Source: Eutreptiella sp. 'Long Island Sound 2002'
Lineage: Eukaryota > Protista > Euglenida
NCBI GenBank assembly: GCA_964036045.1
Contig: OZ038379.1
Coordinates: 31,434,001 to 31,498,000 of the forward strand
Direction of reading: 5' to 3'
DNA length: 64,000 nt
Positions within the stretch are counted from its first letter, which is position 1. Every line of letters starts with the position of its first letter. A program made the position numbers and the translations under genes. This document shows positions 38,830-50,775 of the stretch, in pieces. The notes under the pieces were generated by a model, which was not told where the DNA came from, did no database searches, and worked only from the letters and a program-made list of their open reading frames with translations.

Positions 38830-40855
38830 TGCTGTGTAGCCTGCAGCTGGTTGTGGACCAGGTGGGCCTGCCCATGTGGCTCTCAGGACACTCTTCGGGA
38901 ACGACCCCTATCCTCATGCTCCGCCCCCCCCTACCCCAAGCGCAGGCAAGCCCGGCTGCACATCCCCCCGGTGGTGACCACGCATGATACTGCGTATGGT
39001 ATTGTAACCCACGTCTAGCTGCCCGGGGCAGTCTACTCGGCGGCCATTACGCTGGGCTACCACCACCTCGGGGTCTTCTACACCCCGGATGTAGTGCCCA
39101 AGATCTACGGGCACGGGCACCCCGTAGCAGCACAGTACACACGGTGTCAGCCTGGCTCCACCGGCACCAAGCAACCCTACAGCCCCTGATAGGGGCTCGC
39201 GCCCTGCGCTGACAGCAAGCCCCCAAGGATCGGGGTGCCGGGGCTGATAAGGCCCATCCCCTCCACGGTCCTATTGGGGGCCGGGAGGCAAAAACCACCT
39301 GGTAGCAGGTGGTCTACTAGCATTGCCGGGTGATACAGATCACTACAGCCATGGAGGACATCATTGCCGTCATGGGGTGGTCCGTGGTACTCCGGGTCCG
39401 CGAGCAGCCACGCCGGGACCTCCCGAGGGACACCCTACACCGGCCGTTGGTGATCCTCCCGGACATTCAAACGCTGGTCAAACCTGCAGTGGCGTGCTTC
39501 GGGTACCCAACCCAGTGCCTAGCCCACAAGTGCCCGGGGTACCCCCATAGAGGCCCGCTCTACATGGCCGTGCACGCCCTGGAGGCCCTGCCGTCGGAGC
39601 TAGATCCCGCGCTCCGGACGCACTTACGAGACCATTTCCGGATACATGCCGCGCTACACCCCCAGCAAGCCCCAGCAGCGGCCCCCATGTACCTACAGCC
39701 CCGGACGGAACCGGGTATATCGTTCCATGACCTACCCCTGCTGGCCATGATCCACGGGGCCATAGTAGCGACCCACGCCGCCACCACCCCGGCGGGCATG
39801 GCGATTGCTCTCGCATATGAGCATGCGCGAGGGGAGTACGCGGTTGTGGCAACCTCGGGAGTGGGGACGTCCCAAGAAAGAAGGCCTTGACGCAGCTGCT
39901 TTGCGCATGGCAACTGGCATCACAGCAAGGCGTCTACTGGGTGGTGCTGGACTCGGAATCGGCGGTGGGCACCCTACAAACTTACCAAGAGGGCGGATAG
40001 TGCGGTGATGGGATACACCAACTCTATGCGCAGACCCTGGGAGCGGAGCGCCTGGCCCCCACGGCTGCTATCACTGTAGTGTTCACCCCCTCCCACCGGA
40101 GAACTGCCATCAATGTACGGGTGGATGCAGCGACCAGAGAGGAGCCACGTGCGGACCTATGGTTCGCCGCCCCTACGCATGCTTGCCCCAGTAAAGTTCC
40201 GGGGCCACTGCCCGCTTGCCCCTTTTGAAACTTCACATGTGGTTGCAGGAGCAAGCAGCGGTCCCCGCTCTGGTACACTACGAATATGGTGGGGGCCGAA
40301 CTTCCGGCCACGCCTCCGCTTGCCCCCGGACTGTTTCACCACCAGTGACCAGCAGCGGCATCTCGTGGCCCGATGCACGCGCAACTTGCCCACCATGACG
40401 GTGCTAGTAGAATGATTGGCGCACTGCGTGCGCCACCTGTGCGAGTGCCCAGTGCATTCCCATGAGTGGCGCCCGGCCCGGAAGCGCCTACATACATGGC
40501 TCACCACCCACGTTGGGCCACGGATGGTTAGCAGGTTTAGGGTCAAGTGTGGGACTCCGCCGTCCTAGAACAGTGGTCGGTGGCAATTGCCACACCGTCC
40601 CTGCAAGCGACCTGGGTCTAGGACTGGTAGGATTGCACGACATCGTGACAAAGTTCATCCTGCAACTATCGTCGGAGTCACAAAAAGTCTGGCTCGCCCA
40701 TGCTAAGACCCGCAAAGGCATCGGGAAAGGCCTGTTCCCTGTATGCAAGACCATGCCAGCCATTGCCTTTTGGCAACAACGCCTTGGGTACACCACACCA
40801 CACCACACCACACCACACCACACCGCACCACACCACACCACACCACACCACACAG
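38830..40855 (+). mobile_element. LINE family B, 5'-truncated copy B1 (RT-RNH linker, RNase H, CCHC region, (CACCA)n tail)
   Basis: 38840-38920 matches 48030-48115. PGISFHDLPLLAMIHGAIVATHA...AYEHARGEYAVVATSGVGTSQE matches the RNase H of the long copy. Ends gccttttggcaacaacgccttggg(caccA)n. Confidence 0.85.
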
Positions 40856-42520
40856 GAGTTCCGCTGCCCACTGCCCCAGGGCAGTGAGGCAGTGCATTGC
40901 AGGAGTTCCGCTGCCCACTGCCCCAGGGCAGTGAGGCAGTGCATTGCAGGAGTTGCACTGCCCACTGCCCCCAGGCAGTGGGGCAGTGCATTGCAGGAGT
41001 TCCACTGCCCACTGCCCCCAGGCAGCGAGGCAGTGCATTGCAGGAGTTGCACTGTCCACTGCCCCCAGGGCAGTGAGGCAGTGCATTGCAGGAGTTGCAC
41101 TGCCCACTGCCCCCAGGCAGTGAGGCGGTGCATTGCAGGAGTACCACTGCCCACTGCCCCCAGGCAGTGAGGCAGTGCATTGCAGGAGTTGCACTGCCCG
41201 CTGCCCCCAGGCAGTGAGGCAGTGCATTGCAGGAGTTGCACTGTCCACTGCCCCCAGGCAGTGAGGCAGTGCATTGCAGGAGTTGCACTGCCCACTGCCC
41301 CCAGGCAGTGAGGCGGTGCATTGCAGGAGTACCACTGCCCACTGCCCCCAGGCAGTGAGGCAGTGCATTGCAGGAGTTGCACTGCCCACTGCCTCCAGGC
41401 AGTGAGGCAGTGCATTGCAGGAGTTCCACTGCCCACTGCCCCAGGGCAGTGAGGCAGTGCATTGCCGAAGTTGCACTGTCCACTGCCCCCAGGCAGCGAG
41501 GCAGTGCATTGCAGGAGTTCCACTGCCAACTGCCCCAGGGCAGTGAGGCAGTGCATTGCAGGAGTTCCACTGCCAACTGCCCCAGGGCAGTGAGGCAGTG
41601 CATTGCAGAAGTTGCACTGCCCACTACCCCCAGGCAGCGAGGCAGTGCATTGCAGGAGTTGCACTGCCCACTGCCCCCAGGCAGTGAGGCAGTGCATTGC
41701 AGGAGTTGCACTGCCCACTGCCCCCAGGCAGTGAGGCAGTGCGTTGCAGGAGTTGCACTGCCCACTGCCCCCAAGGCGGTGAGGCCGTGCATTGCAGGGG
41801 TTCCACTGCCCACTGCCCCCAGGCAGTGGGGCAGTGCATTGCAGGAGTTCCACTGCCCGCTGCGCCCAGGCAGTGAGGTAGTGCATTGCAGGAGTTGCAC
41901 TGCCCACTGCCCCCAGGCAGTGAGACAGTACATTGCAGGAGTTGCACTGCCCACTGCCCCCAGGCAGTGGGGCAGTGCATTGCAGAAGTTCCACTGCCCA
42001 CTGCCCCAGGGCAGTGAGGCAGTGCATTGCAGGAGTTGCACTGTCCACTGCCCCCAGGCAGTGAGGCAGTGCATTGCAGGAGTTCCACTGCCCACTGCCC
42101 CAGGGCAGTGAGGCAGTGTATTGCAGGAGTTGCGCCGTCCACTGCCCCCAGGCAGTGAGGCGGTGCATTGCAGGAGTTCCACTGCCCACTGCCCCAGGGC
42201 AGTGAGGCAGTGCATTGCAGGAGTTGCACTGCCCACTGCCCCCGGGCAGTGAGGCAGTGGATTGCAGGAGTTGCACTGCCCACCGCCCCTAGGTAGTGAG
42301 GCAGTGGATTGCAGGAGTTCCACTGCCCACTGCCCCAGGGCAGTGAGGCCGTGCATTGTAGAAGTTGCACCGCCCACTGCCCCCAGGCAGTGAGGCCGTG
42401 CATTGCAGGAGTTGCACTGTCCACTGCCCTCGGGCAGTGAAGCAGTGCATTGCAGGAGTTGCACTGCCCGCCGCTCCCAGGCAGTGCGGCAGTGCGTTGC
42501 AGGAGTTGCACTGTCTACTG
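40856..42520 (+). repeat. 47-bp satellite, about 35 copies, each unit a near-perfect hairpin
   Basis: Unit caggagttgcactgcccactgcccccaggcagtgaggcagtgcattg. The internal inverted repeat is tgcactgcccactgcc / ggcagtgaggcagtgca. Confidence 0.97.
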
Positions 42521-43130
42521 CCCGAGACACAGCCCGAGACGGCGCCCCACCTGTGGGCCTGCTCGGCTCAATCGCACGAATGGGGGCCAGCCCGCCGGCG
42601 CCTCGCAGCGTGGCTCGACCAGAAGGTGGGGCCACGGGCGGCCCCAGTGCGTCACCAGCTGTGGGTACCGACTGTGCTGGAGCAGTGGGCGGCAGCCCTG
42701 CGGACCCCCTCCATGCAGCTAGCCCACCTGGAGTGTACGGGGCCCCACTCGCTGGGCACGGAGTTCCTCCGCCACGTCGTGGAGGAGTCCATACGGATCT
42801 GGTACGCCCACGCCAAGGCGCGTGCCACACTGCTGAAGGCCCGCCTGGGCCCGGGCAGCACGATGGCGTGGGCGTTGCAGGAGCTGCGCTTGCACCAGCA
42901 AGCAGAAAGGGAAGGGGTGCAGCGGGAGCTCCTGGAATAAGCGCGGTCGCCAGAGGCGAACTCACCAGGTCTCCCCGACTCCCCCTTCCCCTGCCGAGGC
43001 CTACACACATACGCACAGCGCGCACACAACACACACAGCCAGCCCGTTTACCTGTACCCGTGGGTAGACATCCCGGCCTTTTGCCTTTTGGTAACAGCGC
43101 CTTCGGCACACCACACCACACCACACCACA
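42521..43130 (+). mobile_element. LINE family B, short 3' fragment B2
   Basis: ETAPHLWACSAQSHEW...WALQELRLHQQAEREGVQRELLE*, the conserved 3' UTR (cccgtttacctgtacccgtgggtagacatcccggcc) and a (CACCA)n tail. Confidence 0.9.
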
Positions 43131-46100
43131 CCTGGCACCCCCACCAGGGCAGTTGCCGGCGGCTGTCCACTGTGTTTTTACTATGATGTCATGCGTGGCC
43201 TCACGATGTATACACGGCATGACGCGGAGGGCCGGCAGGAGGCACTGCCCACCCATGCGCCCCCCCCGCGCTCGGATCGCCCCCCCCTCACGGAAGCAGA
43301 CGTCCGGCGCCTCATAGCTGACGCCGTTGGCCAGCCGCCGCGAGTGGCGCCTACACAGGTGAGGCCGATCACCCAACAGCCGACAGCCAATGCTGCGGAC
43401 GATGCCGTGCGGCCCCTGCCGGTAGGCCCGCCCCCCCCCACCCCGACACGCCTGGCTAAGCAGCCGACGCCCCCCTCCCGGAGCCCTGATCTCCCACAAC
43501 CGAAAGGCCAGGGAGCAGCGCCAGAGCTACAGCACCGTAGGCCCATGGCCCCGGCCGACTCACCGAAGCCTAAGACTGCAGGCGCGGATCGCCGAGGCAG
43601 CCGGCTTCGCCGGCGCCTGCCCACAGAGGCCAAGCAGGCCCCCAGCCCCCACCCTGGGCGGAGCCCCACGAGGCCCACACCCGCAAGCGGAGTGGCGGGT
43701 GCCCCCCGGTCCGAGCCCCCTGAATGCCCGCCGTCGACGGGGGTGGAACTGTCCAAGGACCTAATGGAAATAGGCCCCCTTGAAGCGGACCAGCATCCTG
43801 CGCCCGCTGACGCCCAAGCAGCCCCTGCGGCCAACCCCCAGCAAACAACCCACGGGCCCGCGGCCCCCCCAGGCCCCAGAGAGCGACCGGAATCCGGCCC
43901 CCCTGGCGCCAGAGAGCCCCACGGGCGAACAAGCCTTGGAATGGTGCGACGCCTGCCACTTGTGGTGACCCCGCCCCTGCGGCCATTGCCCCTAGTGGCC
44001 TTTCCCCCAGGAGACCAACAGGGCCATCACGGAGCCTGCCCCCGAAGATGGTCCCGTGCTTGAGCCCGCTTAGGAAGATTGGCCCTATGCCGCCCCACAC
44101 GTCTTGACTGTTGAGGCCCTAAGAATTGTCGCGGCCCACCCCCCCCCCCCCTCCCCATTGACGTAGACGCCTCCCAGGGCACGGCCACCCAATTGGCCGA
44201 TCTCATGGGGGACGATGCTCACGGCCTAAGCCCCCCCGACATCTCACAACCGGCGGACACGTCAGACGAAGACCCCGAGCTGCCTGCCGCAGGCCCCCCC
44301 GAAGGCCCCCCAGGAGATATGCACCAGCACGAGTCCAGCCTTGCGGCGCTCGTCGCTGACATTGCCCTGGAGGAGGTGAACCCCTGCACGGCCATGGACG
44401 TCGTTGTCTTCCTCAACAGCGAGCGCCTGTTGGCGGTGCGACGCCCCATGCGCGCGGCGGGCCAAAAGGCCACCCCCCTCCCCGGCCCCCACTCCTCTGA
44501 GAGTGATGGCCTCTCCCCCCTTCTGGCACAGTTTGCCAAGCGGAGCCGTGAGCTGCTCCAGCTCGTGGACTTCACCTTGGGGGTCCCTCCTTCTGCCTCT
44601 CTAGCTGGGAGGGAGATGCCATCCCGGCCCCTCACCCGCCGGGACTCGGGATCACGGCTTACTACGTGATCGAGGGGAAGGTGGAGCTCCGCCTCCCGAC
44701 CCCCGACGGGAACACCCGCCCCGGCTGGTGGCTCCAGGCCATGGCATATGCGTATGCCTAGTCTGCCCCGCCCCCGCCCCGGGTATTGCCCCTGGACACC
44801 CGGGCTTTGGTGCTGATATGCCAATGCCCACTGTATGTCCCACGAGAAACCCCGGCGACCGCCCCACACCCGGTGCAGATCTGCATGCAGCGGGGGGATC
44901 AGTATGCCCAGGTGGACACGGCCCGGCTGGACCTCGGGCCCTCCAACCTGTCAGCCCCGTGGGGTTCAAAATCCTGGGAGCGCAGGCCCAAGCCCTGCAT
45001 GACTGGATAGTCCTCAGGCTAACCGGCGAGCGGCTGGCAGGGACCCCTTCCTTGACTAAGGTGTTCGGCCTCATCGGGCGCGACCTGCGTGCCGCCCAGG
45101 AGTCTGCCAAAACCTCAGCACCAGAAGTGAGCCCCTAGGGCGAGCCTACTCCTGCCGAGCTGAACCCGGTGCCGGAGGACCCCGGCCTCTCGCCCTCCCG
45201 GAACTGATCGCACGCCGGAGGACATGCATGCCGTTGGGTATGTGTGGCTCAATGTCCGTGGCACATACCCGCGGCAACGCCTGCTGGCGCAGGCCCTGCA
45301 CATGGCAGCACACTGCCCCACAATCCTCATTGTGGCCGAGGCCCAATCCAAGGTAGGCGCCGAGGATCCCCCTTTCCAAGATTACACCCGGCGCGTCGTG
45401 CTCCCCGCCCATGGAAAGACGGGGGCAGGCCTCGACATGTATGTCCGTTCCGGCACTACAACCCGGGCCACCTTGCTCTGGGGCAAGGAGGACGCGAACG
45501 CCCTCCTCATGGAGGTGTTGATCCCGTGGGGTAAGCACCATGTGCTAGCGGCCCATGCCCCCCAAATCAACATTGGTGTTGAGCCATATGTGCGATGGTG
45601 GGCAGGCATCTGGCGCGAGGTCACCTGCTAGTGGACCCGGCGACCGTTCTGGTGGTGACCGACACCAACTGAGCGGCCCGACCGGCGGACCGGGGAACTC
45701 CGCGCCCCGATACAGGCTACCGCGCGTTCTTGCAGGCTTTCACCCTCAGGCACCCTCCTCTCGGACCACCATCTACCCCTCCTATTCACTATCGCCCATC
45801 CGGTTGCCCGGCTAGACAAACCCAGCCCCCATACAGTCTCCCGCACGCCGGAGTACCACTTCGGCTTAGTGGCTCTGTCCCCAGCGGATACGGCCGATTT
45901 CCAGAGGTCGGTGCTCGGCAGGAGAGACATTGACCCCCAACTCGCCCCAGCCGGATGGCTGAAAGGCCTGCAGCGGGCGAGCTATGATTGAGCCCACGCC
46001 GCGGGCATGGTCCGGGCTCTCCACTTCCGGCACTACCGCCTCCGGGCACGCCCCGCGGAGTGAGCCCCTCCCTCGAAGTCCCCCCAGCCGCCTTTCCTGG

Positions 46101-49100
46101 CGCGCAGTATGCTCCCCTCCGTGGGACGCTTACGGCGATACCTCAAAGCATGCTGGGTAACTCCGTGGCGGTGGGGCACACCCTCAAAAGAAGCTTAGTG
46201 GTGCTAGGGGAGGCCCGGCGCCCACAAAGCCTCCGGGATAACAAACGCGGGGCCCTCCGGCGTCCACAAGAAACTCGCAACCTCCGGCGCACCCTGGAGC
46301 AGTGGGGGGAGGTGCAACGGCGCAGCCGGCCCCCCCCGCGGGATATCTCCGAAATCCCATCGGACAACAAGGAAGTCCTGAACTCCAGGGAGACTTTGTC
46401 TGCCCTATATGCGAGCCGCATGCGGCTCTAGGGCCACAGCTACTGAATCCGGTATGACCCCGAACGGTGGGCCCACTTCAAACAATACCTGGTGCTCCTG
46501 CCACAGCATGCCCCGCCGGCCCGGGAAGCCTATGTCCAGCCTCTCCACCTCTAGAAGGTACAATCCGGTAAGGCCCGCGGCCCGGACCTCCGTCTGCCAG
46601 AGGCGGACGTCTGCATCGACATATCTTGGTACCGGCACCTGCTGGGGGCGGACCATGTGACCCTGCGCCATCGTGCGCAGCCGCCTAGTATGCCGCACGG
46701 TGGGCAGGCGTGGGCGGGTCACCCTACTCCTTAAAAACCTTGACAAGCCCATCCAGGAGGCAAACCCCCGGGGCATCACCATCTCCTCCCACGTCTCAAA
46801 GCTGGAGCCCGAGGCTTTCTACGCCCCGGCGACGGCTATCTACGAGCAGGACCTGGGGGCCCCTTGCCTCGTAGGAGGCATGCGAGGAGTGTCCCTCCAG
46901 GAAGTGGTCCGCACGGTGCACATGAAGTTAGACCTCGCTAAGCTTCAACACCGGTTGGTGGACATCCTCATCACGGACCTCGCAAAATTCTTCAACGTAA
47001 TCGCCCACGGCATCCACCCCATTGTGGGGGCCCGCGTGGGCCAGGTAAAGGCTCGCCACCTCGCCACCCACCTTGAAGGCTTCTCGTACACCCTGCCCTT
47101 GGGCCCCTGGCAGTCGAGTACCGTGACCCAACTCTTGGGTACTCCCCAGGGCACTATCCAAGGGGTCCATTCGGGCGCCAGGGCGGCTTTCCCGTTCCTA
47201 CAATTCCTGGACATTGCATGCAAGGCCTTAGCCGTTTCGCTTCCCGGGGCTCATGTGGGTGGACGACACGATCATCCTACTGGAACGGGGCGACGGCCGC
47301 CCTATACAGGGCGTCCTGGTGGATCATCGGACGTACTACGAGGGTATCTTGCGGGTAGATGTCCCGGACCGCAAAATCCAGCACGGATAGACTTCAGATC
47401 CCCAGCCCCTACGATCGCCCACTCCCGCAGCGGTGGGCCCGACATGTGGGCCAAGCGTGGGCAACGGATAGCCCGGAGCAACGGGAGGAGGCGTTGGCCG
47501 GGGCCCCGGAGATCCAGCCCTCCCGGGTTCTCTGATATATGGGGACGGACATCTACCTCTAGGGCACACCCACGGCCCCCCGTAACCTACCGGAGATCCG
47601 GGCGGCGGTGTGGAAGCAACTCCGCCCCCAGCGACTCTCCCCAGACGCGGCCATGATAGTGCTAATGGCCAAGCACCCGAGAAAATTGCTCCCCTTGGCC
47701 AGCGTATACCGCCCCACGGCCCAGGTGCACGCGGCCAACGACGCCCTAATGGTGCGGGCATACAAGCACATGACGGGAATCTCCCGCCATGCCCACACCG
47801 AAGCACTCTAGGGGCACTGAGAGCATGGCGGCCAGGGTTTGACCCGGTCCTCATACTCGTGGCAGGCTGCAGTCGCCCGGGAATGGGTCTGGCAGGGGGG
47901 TTGGGCCAAGAAAGAATTTCGAGAGTCTCAAACCTATGCCCTCCAGGCACACCCCACGCTCAGAGGGGGGTGCTTCGTGGTGCTTACCCCAGGGCAGTAC
48001 ACCCACCACCCGCGGTGCCCCCACCTCATCGCTACATTGCAGCGGGTAGTGGATGAAGTGTCCATGCCCATGTGGATGCCGGGCCCGTGCTCAGGGACAA
48101 CCCCCATCCTGGTGCGGGGCCCGGGCAGACCCCGTGCAGGGGCGGCGGCGGCCCCCGCCCCCCAGGTGGAGGTGTACCCGACCTAGTACGGCGATGTCGT
48201 ACAGGTGATCATCCCCCCGACCGTCCACGAAACCGTGCAGGCTTTGGGATACCAGCACCTGGGAGACCGGAGCGCCCCCTTAAAGAGCGGGCACCAGCCC
48301 GCAAGTGTTTCCCCGGCCTTAGGGCCTACTCGCAATGGGCCCAGGCGTCATCGGCCCCCCTCGTCACCGTCACCACGCCACTGCCGCCCCGGCCATGGAT
48401 AGCCATAGCCCCGGCTGCAGTGGCAAAGTTCAAGGACCCCGCGGAGTGTGTGGCGCACAGGTGCCCAGGGCACCCGAACAAGGGGCCCCTCTACTACTCG
48501 CTTGGTACGATGGGAATAGTACTGGCGGAGATCGGCCCTGCCCTGCAAACCCGGCTCCTTGAGCACCATGGAGACCTGGCCCTCCTCGTGCCGCACGGCC
48601 TTGCTACCGACCCCCCCGCGGGTGCTAGCCCCCGAAGTCAAGCCGGGCATTTGGTTCCATGACCTGCCGGTGCTGGCCACTCTTTGCGGCACTGTAGTCG
48701 CGGTGGATGCCGGGACCACGCAGGCAGGCATGGCTATGGCAGGAGTCGCCCAGAGCGGGCCCGAGGCCTACCGGACCCATGTGGCCTCCGGGGTAGGCAC
48801 CTCGCATGAGGGGGAGGCCATGATACTCCTCTCGTACGTCCGCAAGCTGACGCAACAGCCAGGGGTATTCTGGCTGGTGCCGGACCCTGAGGCGGCGGTG
48901 GGGGCCCTCCGAACGTACCAGGAAGGAGGCCATTGTGGAGATGGCATACACCACCTCTACGCCATTGTCTTGGGAGGCCAGCACCTCTCCCCGACTCGGC
49001 CATCAACGTGGTAACCACGCCGTCGCACTGGATAACGGACCGAAACGCCCAAGTTGATGCAGCGACGCAGGAGCCGCCGGAGGTTCTCCTCAGGTGGCTC

Positions 49101-49975
49101 CTCCGGCGCCCCTTCTCCTTCCTCCCCCGAGTGACCTACCGGGACTAGTGCCAGCTCTCCCCAACGGCGCTAAGCGACTGGTTGCCTCCATACCCGCACG
49201 GGCCGGCTACGAGGCCCGGTGGGAGTGAACTACACATCGGGGAGTGGACTCCCCCGGTTCCATAGTGACAAGCGGCGCCACATAACGGCGCACCGCATGG
49301 ACAACATCCCTACGATGACTGTCTTGGCACACCGGTCCTCCTACCAAGACACGGTGTTGGACACCACGTGTCGCCCCTGTGGGGGCGCACCCCGAAATGG
49401 CGCCCCCCCTCTGGGCCTGCGCGGCCCAGTCCCATGAGTGTGAGCCAGCTCGGCGGCGGCTTGCGGAGTGGCTCAATCAGAAGGTGGGGAAACAAGCGGC
49501 CCCGGTGCGCCGCCAGGAGCCGGCCGTACTGGAGCAGTGGGCGGTGGCCTTGCATTCCCCCTCCATGCAGCAGGCCCACATGGAGTGTTCAGGGCCCCAC
49601 ACGCTGGGGACAGAGTTCATACGCCACGTAATCGAGGAGTCCATCAGAGTTAGGTACACCCACGCCAAGGCGCGTGCCATGTTGCTGAAAGCCCGCGTGG
49701 CCCCAGGCAGCACGATGGCGTGGGTGTTGCAGGAGCTGCGCCTGCACCGGCAGGCGGAGAGAGAGGGAGTACAACGGGAGCTACTGGGATGACGGCACTC
49801 GCCAGGAGGGAGACAACTATTTTTCCCCGACTCCCCCTCTTTCCGCCGAAAACCACACACTTGCACACGGCGCACACGCTACACACACGGCCCTCCCGTT
49901 TACCTGTACCCGTGGGTAGACGTCCCGGCCATTGCCTTCTGGTAACAGCGCCTTCGGCACACCACACCGCACCAC
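43131..49975 (+). mobile_element. LINE family B, near-full-length decayed copy B3: Pro-rich ORF1, APE, RT (WVDD), RNase H, CCHC, (CACCA)n tail
   Basis: APE: VWLNVRG...LIVAEAQ...VVTDTN (45240-45670). RT: NPRGITISSHVSK...ITDLAKFFNV...TPQGTIQG...MWVDD (WVDD at 47256-47267). RNase H: VAVDAG...GEA...VPD.E...TPSHW...NAQVDAA (48700-49070). CRPCG...HLWAC follows, then the 3' UTR and tail. Multiple stops and frameshifts. Confidence 0.9.
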
Positions 49976-50775
49976 ATGCGCTTAGTCTGGGCCGGGGGTG
50001 TACCAAGCCCACGTCCCTTCTGGCATGGGCACCTCCCAGGAAGGGGAGGCCATGATCCTGTTGTCCTATGTCCGACGGCTAGCAGCAGAGTCCGGGGTAT
50101 AGTGGCTTGTGCCGGACTCAGAGGCAGCTATGGGGGCCCTCTGCACTTACCAGCAGGGAGGTCACTGTGGGGATAGCAGATGCCATCTGTATGCCACGCA
50201 CCTGGGGGGCAGCCGTGTGGTCCCCACCTCTCCAATCAACGTGATTACCACGCCGTCGCACTGGATCACGGGCCTCAATGTCCGGGTGGATGCAACGACG
50301 CCAGAGCCGCCTGAAGTGGACCTAACCCGGCTCCTACGTCGTTCCTTCTCTTTCCTCCCCCGGGTGGCCTACCGGGACTAGTGCCAGCTCTCCCCCACAA
50401 CGCTGCCTGACTGGTTGTACAGCTAGGCCTCCATTCCGGCAAGCGTCGGACATGAAGCCGATTGGGGGCCTCACTACACGCCGGGGGGAGGTCTCCCTCT
50501 AGACTGCAGGAGCTGCGCCTGCACCTGCAGGAGGTGTGCCTGCACCACTAGGCAGAGAGACAGGCGGTTCCGCGGGTTCTACTGGGCTAACTACGATAGC
50601 CTGGTGGTGAGCCTCCCGTTCTCCCTCTTCCCGCTCTCCACCCCTTTCTAAACACACTCGCACACGGCGCGTCACGACACGCATAGCCATCCCGTTTACC
50701 TTTCCCCGTGGGTAGACATCCCGGCCTTTGCCCTTCGGTAATAGCGCCTTCAACACACCACACCACACCACACAC
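49976..50775 (+). mobile_element. LINE family B, internally deleted 3' copy B4
   Basis: RNase H C-terminal half (GEAMILLSYVR...VPDSEAAMGAL...TPSHWITGLNVRVDA), 3' UTR and (CACCA)n tail. Confidence 0.85.

Noticed and set aside
40856-42520. CRISPR-like array (palindromic repeats); also considered for 26520-26970 and 54991-55340
   Set aside because: The units are contiguous with no unique spacers, there are no cas genes, and the context is eukaryotic.
40488-43499. 1003-aa, 532-aa and other long Cys-rich ORFs
   Set aside because: They are translations of the stop-poor 47-bp satellite in several frames on both strands, not genes.
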